Below are positions 57,977 through 64,000 of a stretch of 64,000 bases of DNA, piece after piece. The number at the start of each line of letters is the position of its first letter. Positions within the stretch are counted from its first letter, which is position 1. The notes under the pieces are model-generated. The model was not told the origin of the DNA, did not search any database, and saw nothing but the letters and a program-made list of their open reading frames with translations. Source of the DNA: Callorhinchus milii (Eukaryota); the NCBI RefSeq assembly GCF_018977255.1, contig NW_024704770.1, forward strand, positions 3,410,001 through 3,474,000, in the 5' to 3' direction. The translations under genes and the position numbers were made by a program.

Positions 57977-59039
57977 CACGNNNNNNNNNNNNNNNNNNNN
58001 NNNNNNNNNNNNNNNNNNNNNNNNNNNNNNNNNNNNNNNNNNNNNNNNNNNNNNNNNNNNNNNNNNNNNNNNNNNNNNNNNNNNNNNNNNNNNNNNNNNN
58101 NNNNNNNNNNNNNNNNNNNNNNNNNNNNNNNNNNNNNNNNNNNNNNNNNNNNNNNNNNNNNNNNNNNNNNNNNNNNNNNNGCGAGAGAGAGCGAGAGAGA
58201 GTGCGAGAGTGCGAGAGAGAGCGAGAGAGAGCGAGAGAGAGCGAGAGAGAGAGCGAGAGAGAGCGAGAGAGAGAGCGAGAGTGCGAGAGAGAGCGAGAGA
58301 GAGCGCNNNNNNNNNNNNNNNNNNNNNNNNNNNNNNNNNNNNNNNNNNNNNNNNNNNNNNNNNNNNNNNNNNNNNNNNNNNNNNNNNNNNNNNNNNNNNN
58401 NNNNNNNNNNNNNNNNNNNNNNNNNNNNNNNNNNNNNNNNNNNNNNNNNNNNNNNNGCGAGAGAGAGCGAGAGAGTGTGAGCGAGAGAGAGCGAGAGAGA
58501 GAGCGAGAGAGAGAGCGAGAGAGTGCGAGAGAGAGCGAGAGAGAGCGAGAGAGAGCGAGACGCACAGGCAATAACGACTTGCGTTCTGCCCAGAAAACAC
58601 ACAGTCACTCCACCTTACAGCGTGTCCTGTGAAGCGCTCTGAGGCGTCTCGAAGACGCGGTCAAACGCCGGGATTATTATTATTATTATTTATATCGCGG
58701 TCTTCACGCCAGATTGCGTCTCGGAGCGCTCTCCCCCCCCCCCCTCTCTCTCTCTCTCTCTCGCACTCATTCTCTCTCTCACACTCTCTCACACTTTCTT
58801 TCTCACACTCTCTCTCACTCACACTCACTCCACCTCATTCACTCTATCTCTCTCTCGCACTCACTCACTCTTACGCGCGCACACCTCTCACTCACACTCA
58901 CTCCACCTCATTCACTCTATCTCTCTCTCGCACTCACTCACACGTGCGCACACCTCTCACTCACACTCACTCCACCTCATTCATTCTATCTCTCTCACTC
59001 TCTCGCACACACTCTTTCTCACACACACACACACACTCT

Positions 59040-59200
59040 CTCTCTCACTCTCTCTCTCTGTCTCCCACTCACCCTCTCACTCTCTCTCTGTCTCCCACTC
59101 ACCCTCTCACTCTCTCTCTGTCTCCCACTCACCCTCTCACTCTCTCTCTGTCTCCCACTCACCCTCTCACTCTCTCTCTGTCTCCCACTCACCCTCTCAC
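59040..59200 (+). repeat. 30-bp tandem repeat (TCTCTCTCTGTCTCCCACTCACCCTCTCAC) x5
   Basis: Directly visible. Confidence 0.9.
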
Positions 59201-61724
59201 GCATTCACATTTGTGGGTAAATTTGGGACAGCAAATCCAGGCAATTGGAGATGTAATAACAATAATAATAATCCCGGCATTTGATGCAGCGCCTCATCAC
59301 GTCTTCCGGACGTCTCAAAGCGCTTCACAGGATACACTGTAAAGTGCAGTGACTGTACTTTGTGGGCGAAACACAGCAGCCAATCGGGCACAGCAGCGTT
59401 CCCCACAAACAGCCGTGGGTTAAGTGGCCAAATTATTAATATTATTCTTTTTTTGGGGGGGAATGGGTGTGCAGTCCTGTAACTCAGTGGTTAGAGCAGT
59501 CGCCTCGCAAGCGAGAGGACCCGGGTTCGATCCCCGGGCGGAGAGAACCAAACANNNNNNNNNNNNNNNNNNNNNNNNNNNNNNNNNNNNNNNNNNNNNN
59601 NNNNNNNNNNNNNNNNNNNNNNNNNNNNNNNNNNNNNNNNNNNNNNNNNNNNNNNNNNNNNNNNNNNNNNNNNNNNNNNNNNNNNNNNNNNNNNNNNNNN
59701 NNNNNNNNNNNNNNNNNNNNNNNNNNNNNNNNNNNNNNNNNNNNNNNNNNNNNNNNNNNNNNNNNNNNNNNNNNNNNNNNNNNNNNCACAGACCCACNNN
59801 NNNNNNNNNNNNNNNNNNNNNNNNNNNNNNNNNNNNNNNNNNNNNNNNNNNNNNNNNNNNNNNNNNNNNNNNNNNNNNNNNNNNNNNNNNNNNNNNNNNN
59901 NNNNNNNNNNNNNNNNNNNNNNNNNNNNNNNNNNNNNNNNNNNNNNNNNNNNNNNNNNNNNNNNNNNNNNNNNNNNNNNNNNNNNNNNNNNNNNNNNNNN
60001 NNNNNNNNNNNNNNNNNNNNNNNNNNNNNNNNNNNNNNNNNNNNNNNNNNNNNNNNNNNNNNNNNNNNNNNNNNACCCGGGTGTTAGTCGATGGGCGGAT
60101 CGCTTTCCGGGGGGAAATGATCCGTTAAAAAATAAATTTTAAAAAAAATAATAAATTGGTCACTTAACCCACGGCTGTTTGTGTGGACGCTGCTGTGCGC
60201 GATCGGCCGCCGCGTTTCACCCACAAATATACAGTCAATTCGTTTTATACTATATCCTGTGAAGCGCTTTGAGACGTCTCGAAGACGTGATCAGGCGCTG
60301 TGTCAAATGCAACGATTATTATTATTATTATTATTATTATTGTTATTGCTATTAAATCTCCGATTGCCTGGANNNNNNNNNNNNNNNNNNNNNNNNNNNN
60401 NNNNNNNNNNNNNNNNNNNNNNNNNNNNNNNNNNNNNNNNNNNNNNNNNNNNNNNNNNNNNNNNNNNNNNNNNNNNNNNNNNNNNNNNNNNNNNNNNNNN
60501 NNNNNNNNNNNNNNNNNNNNNNNNNNNNNNNNNNNNNNNNNNNNNNNNNNNNNNNNNNNNNNNNNNNNNNNNNNNNNNNNNNNNNNNNNNNNNNNNNNNN
60601 NNNNNNNNNNNNNNNNNNNNNNNNNNNNNNNNNNNNNNNNNNNNNNNNNNNNNNNNNNNNNNNNNNNNNNNNNNNNNNNNNNNNNNNNNNNNNNNNNNNN
60701 NNNNNNNNNNNNNNNNNNNNNNNNNNNNNNNNNNNNNNNNNNNNNNNNNNNNNNNNNNNNNNNNNNNNNNNNNNNNNNNNNNNNNNNNNNNNNNNNNNNN
60801 NNNNNNNNNNNNNNNNNNNNNNNNNNNNNNNNNNNNNNNNNNNNNNNNNNNNNNNNNNNNNNNNNNNNNNNNNNNNNNNNNNNNNNNNNNNNNNNNNNNN
60901 NNNNNNNNNNNNNNNNNNNNNNNNNNNNNNNNNNNNNNNNNNNNNNNNNNNNNNNNNNNNNNNNNNNNNNNNNNNNNNNNNNNNNNNNNNNNNNNNNNNC
61001 TTGGGACAGGAATCGGGGAGCAAAACGGGCACAGATCCACCAAATCGATCAACGAATCAATCAATCAATCAATCAACCGACGTCCTTTGTCCCAATATAT
61101 GAGTCTGAAACAACAAAGGTATCCGACCCACACACACACGCAGAGCGCACACGCAGAGCACACGCACAGCACACGCACAGCACACGCACAGCACACACAC
61201 AGCCCCCCAAAATGATCCCCTGTACCGCGGGCAGCACAGCTCCTCACACGGGAATCATTCCCCTTTTCGCATCTGCCGTTCGTTCCCTCCCCTCGAACCT
61301 CAAGGTAACAGAATAGTAAAATAATAATAATCCCTAATAACAATCCCAAACAATCCGGAGACAATTCAGCACCGCACAGCGCACCGCACCGCAGCGCAGC
61401 TGATGGCTTTGTGCCTTACATTTACAGCCCAACCATCTCCTGATCGCTCCCCGTCTCACTGCTGTTGTCTGGGTTTAAAGGACCCTTTTCCTCCTCGTCG
61501 GGGGGTGGGGGAGGAGTGGGGGGGGTGGGGCGGGGGGGCCGGGGGGGGGGGGGGGCCGGGGGGGGGAGGGTATCTCACGTGGAGCCCGGGGGGGATTTGG
61601 TGTGAAATTGTCCCCCCGGTGAAGGCTCTCAGACACACACACACACACACAGACTCCCAGTCCCCGTCAGCCTCAAACCAGCAGCTGATTGTGATTCTAC
61701 AGACGTTGATCCACCGGCAGATCA

Positions 61725-63310
61725 GCCTCACAGTCACACACACAGTCACACACACAGTCACANNNNNNNNNNNNNNNNNNNNNNNNNNNNNNNNNNNNNN
61801 NNNNNNNNNNNNNNNNNNNNNNNNNNNNNNNNNNNNNNNNNNNNNNNNNNNNNNNNNNNNNNNNNNNNNNNNNNNNNNNNNNNNNNNNNNNNNNNNNNNN
61901 NNNNNNNNNNNNNNNNNNNNNNNNNNNNNNNNNNNNNNNNNNNNNNNNNNNNNNNNNNNNNNNNNNNNNNNNNNNNNNNNNNNNNNNNNNNNNNNNNNNN
62001 NNNNNNNNNNNNNNNNNNNNCACACACCGTCACACACACAGTCACACACACCGTACACACAGTCACACACACCGTCACACACACAGTCACACACACCGCA
62101 CACACAGTCACACACACCGCACACACAGTCACACACACAGTCACACACACAGTCACACACACAGTCACACACACAGTCACACACACAGTCACACACACCG
62201 CACACACACAGTCACACACACCGTCACACACAGTCACACACACAGTCACACACACAGTCACACACACCGCACACACACAGTCACACACACAGTCACACAC
62301 AGTCACACACACAGTCACACACCGTCACACACACAGTCACACACACCGTACACACACAGTCACACACACAGTCACACACACAGCGCACACACAGTCACAC
62401 ACACAGTCACACACAGTCACACACACAGTCACACACACAGCCACACACACAGTCACACACACACCGTCACACACAGTCACACACACAGTCACACACACCG
62501 CACACACAGTCACACACACACCGTCACACACACCGCACACACACAGTCACACACACAGTCACACACACCGCACACACAGTCACACACACGGCACACACAC
62601 AGTCACACACCGTCACACACACAGTCACACACACCGCACACACACCGCACACACAGTCACACACACCGCACACACACAGTCACACACCGTCACACACACA
62701 GTCACACACACAGTCACACACACCGCACACACACAGTCACACACACCGCACACACCGTCACACACACAGTCACACACACCGCACACACAGTCACACACAC
62801 AGTCACACACAGTCACACACACAGTCACACACACCGCACACACAGTCACACACATAGTCACACACAGTCACACACACAGTCACACACACCGCACACACAC
62901 AGTCACACACACAGTCACACACACCGCACACACACAGTCACACACACCGCACACACACCGTCACACACACCGCACACACACAGTCACACACACCGCACAC
63001 ACACAGTCACACACACCGCACACACAGTCACACACACTGCACACACAGTCACACACACCGCACACACAGTCACACACACCGTACACACACAGTCACACAC
63101 ACCGTACACACACACTGTACACACACAGTCACACACACCGTACACACACAGTCACACACACCGTACACACAGTCACACACACTGTACACACATGGTCACA
63201 CACACACACTGTACACACACAGTCACCCACACACACTACACACACACAGTCACACACACTGTACACACACAGTCACACACACACACTGTACACTGTCACA
63301 CACTGTACAG
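61725..63310 (+). repeat. Long degenerate (CACACACAGT/CACACACCG)n satellite, interrupted by an N gap
   Basis: Directly visible. Confidence 0.95.
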
Positions 63311-63709
63311 TAATACACATAGTACATATCTTGAAGACGTGATAAGGCACTATATCTAATGTAGTTATTATTATTTTATTATTGTTGTTAATGAGCCATT
63401 CAAAGGACGACACCTCTGACCATGCGGTACCCTCCCCCCTCCTCTGCCATTGGAGCCTCAGATAGGTATCAAATTTCGCTCAGAAAACACACAGTCACTA
63501 CACTTTACAGTATATCCTGGGAAGCGCTTTGAGACGCCACGAACCCGTGATAAGGCGCTACATCAAATGCAACAACTATTATTATTTTATTATCAAGGGA
63601 TTTGGAGCAAAGGGCTGGTAATTGGACTTGAGGTACAGATCGAGCCGAGGTCTTACAGAATGGCAGAACGGGCTCGATGGGCTGAATGGCCTCTTCCCGC
63701 TCCTATGAC

Positions 63710-63749
<40 letters not shown>

Positions 63750-64000
63750 GTGAGTGTAAGATGAGTCTGGGTGTAGCTGTAAATATTTTACACTGTGTGC
63801 GTGTGTGTGTGTGTCGGTGTGTGTCAGTCACTGAAGGTCCACATTCCGGGGGACGGCAAACAAAACTCTTTCCAGTCAAACCAGCCTGTCTTGTGAGTAC
63901 CTAATCACAGGAAGCACCCTCCAACACCTCTGCCTACCCACCCACCCCCTCCCTCCTTCCCTCCCTCCCTCCCTCCCTCGCTCCCTCCTTCCCTCCCTCC

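Noticed and set aside
57386-62857. Long ORFs spanning N runs and (GA)n/(CA)n repeats
   Set aside because: Artefacts of assembly gaps and simple repeats

Overview
Eukaryotic (vertebrate) genomic DNA: gene-dense, GC- and microsatellite-rich, with several N gaps. The repeat content (tRNA-derived SINEs with L2-type 3' tails, L2 and CR1 3' fragments, DeuSINE-like elements) and the protein divergence suggest a cartilaginous fish, possibly a chimaera such as Callorhinchus; this is an inference. Exons reconstructed by hand give, in order: the 3' half of ILF3 (+, with both the NF90 and NF110 alternative terminal exons), QTRT1 (-, 10 exons, complete), an unrecognised spliced gene divergent from QTRT1 (+), a UCK1/UCK2-family uridine-cytidine kinase (+, 3' end lost in a gap), ACP5/TRAP (+, complete), ELOF1 (+, complete, with a U12 minor intron), calponin CNN1 (-, complete), a TLCD4/TMEM56-like gene (-, complete) and a PLPPR2-like gene (-, 3' exons missing). 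This is the human 19p13.2 syntenic block, plus two genes (UCK-like, TLCD4-like) that look like whole-genome-duplication paralogs not found at the human locus. No prokaryotic-type system (CRISPR etc.) is present. The best leads are the orphan gene behind an RFX-motif array, the extra UCK and TLCD4 paralogs, and the truncated PLPPR2 abutting TLCD4.
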